Below the pieces are notes generated by a model that saw nothing but the letters and a program-made list of their open reading frames with translations, had not been told where the DNA came from and made no database searches. Shown here one piece after another: positions 62,151-64,000 of a stretch of 64,000 nucleotides of DNA. Within the stretch, counting starts at the first letter, position 1. Each line of letters opens with the position of its first letter. The position numbers and the translations under genes were made by a program. The stretch is from the NCBI GenBank assembly GCA_043228905.1, contig JBHGNT010000014.1:2728001-2792000 (forward strand). The letters run 5' to 3'. The stretch is from Azolla caroliniana (taxonomy: Eukaryota > Plantae > Polypodiophyta).

Positions 62151-63789
62151 GATACCCTTTGGAAAGAGGGGGTGAGATTTATATTGGTAATAGGAAGAAT
62201 ATATTGGGAAATGGAAAAGGGGTTCTAAGTCTAGATAGGAAAGGGGTTTGTTTAGTTTTGTTTATGTACATATGTATAATATTTAAAAAGGAGTAAACCT
62301 TAGTATAGTGGCATGGCAATTTTTGGTTACGAGTAAAGAAAGTGAACCGTGACATGGTAGTGTGGTCAAGGTCGAGTGACGTTAGGGACGTCCAACAGTA
62401 AAAACAATTTATAAAACTACAATTTTGTCCTCCTTTGTTGGGCATCGTGTGGTGGGTGGGATGTCGGCTTTGATCGAGATTCGACACAATGGGTTTGACT
62501 CCTCCGCTTGAAATTTATATGATGGCTCGTAACTTCTTGCTTGTTGGTAGGAATCAAGATTTGGAAATTCAGTCTTGATCTTTGTAGCGAGTCCAATCTT
62601 GGGTGTAGTAAAGTTCTCTTTGTGGTAAGTCGAAGTTTCGTCTTTTCGTCATTGCTCTAGATCGTGCAACTTCATACCCTGAGCTCAGATTTCAAAGCCA
62701 ATTTTTTTATCGAGATCCCTGATCAATTACAAGTAATAATAGACAAAGGATTCACCTGAAATCATATGATATAATTATCAAAATTCTTGAATACAATGCA
62801 TGTTCATGTAACGATCGAGATATGAACGAGTTATGACTTAGCTCCCTTACATGGAGTTTATTGGAGGTAGACAGGATTATAGAAGAGAGTGGAGATTCGG
62901 GAGAGGATTCTTGAGCTTCGATTAAGTAGACTAGCCAAATGGCTTCATTGCCTCTTGTAACCAACGGTTTCAAAAGCTCTTCTTTCACTCGGCAGTGTTT
63001 CTGCCTTGAACCAAAATCCCCCCCCCCCTTGAGACAATGAGCTTTGAGTTGTCCTCTCCTTTTTATAGGCCTATGGAGCTCCTCATTCCCTGGAGCCCTG
63101 AGCAAAATGCAATATACATAATCTCTGCTAGTCCAAACATGACTCAAATCCATGACCTTTCATTCCTAGATAGAGCTCTCAACAATTGTGTGTTGTCCTA
63201 CTGAATCTTGATTCAAGCTCAATTAATCTTTGATCTTGCTCAATAACTTATATCTTTGGTATTTGAATGTTTGTTTTTGTTCCTATTATTCATTCTTGGA
63301 ATATTTTGTTGAATTGTCATCATCCCTTCTTCATAAGATGTAATGCATGCAAGAAGTATCAAATCCATAAAGGTGATGTTTTCTAGAAGGAAGAAGAGCG
63401 AGGCACGTGACTGCGTTGAGAGGTAAAGGTACCATTTCACCAAGAAAGAAGAGAACGAGACATGATGTTACCAATGTGGTGATGGCTTCCAAGTCGACTA
63501 AAAAGACTAAATTAGCCAAGAAGGTTACGAACGAGCAATGCTTTGAAGGACGCCTCAAATTGGGGAGTCAAAAACATATCGAACCACTCAACGTGTGAAT
63601 ATCAAGCACTAATACATTCTACCGAGAAATGCTTCAACGTTTCTTCTATGATGTAAGGGGGGGGGGGGGGGGGGGGTATTGATTTTCACCATCCACCGTG
63701 AGTTGGAGTGACAAAGGGATCAAGCCAAGAGACACATAGAAGTAGAATCAGAGTTTTCTTCATGCTTCTTCTAGGAGCTAGTGTTGTGA

Positions 63790-64000
63790 AGATACTTCTT
63801 CCATGTCCTTCGATCTTATATATATATATATAAAAGTTATAACCCATTTCATCATATGCGCTCGGCACATCACAAACCTTGCTTGCTTGGCTTGACTTGA
63901 CCAGACATGACCAGACATAACCAATGAAGTGTATGGAAAACTAGATACTTCTTCCATGTCCTTCGATCTTATATATATATATATATATATATAAGTTTTA
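63790..64000. repeat. Direct repeat (153-bp period) ending in (TA)n
   Basis: agatacttcttccatgtccttcgatctt(at)n at 63790 and 63943. Confidence 0.8.

Overview
Eukaryotic land-plant genomic DNA, probably a fern or other seed-free plant (inferred from a Tcn1-like chromovirus and the element content; not proven). It contains one recognisable host gene: a 16-exon TIME FOR COFFEE (TIC)-like clock regulator at 34501-43151 (+), about 1704 aa by my hand-built exon model. There is also one intronless 791-codon orphan ORF (3958-6333, +) framed by unusual repeat arrays. The rest is mostly decayed transposons: several Ty1/copia elements (including a four-level nest resolved by target-site duplications at 49.7-61.4 kb), a chromodomain Ty3/gypsy, solo LTRs, L1 and non-L1 LINEs, and hAT-type and other MITEs. 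The strongest leads are: (1) an L1 family with no poly(A) whose two copies both sit inside (GA)n microsatellites with the same 3' junction, plus a second, unrelated LINE flanked by (CT)n; (2) the orphan ORF framed by inward-pointing CTCTGAT arrays and telomere-motif repeats; (3) an antisense tRNA-like A/B box inside a gypsy LTR; (4) a GCCATAGCC(-AGCTTCA) motif repeated in the 5' regions of both genes; (5) a copia with a duplicated polypurine tract enclosing about 470 bp of extra sequence. All coordinates were read by eye and no database searches were run.
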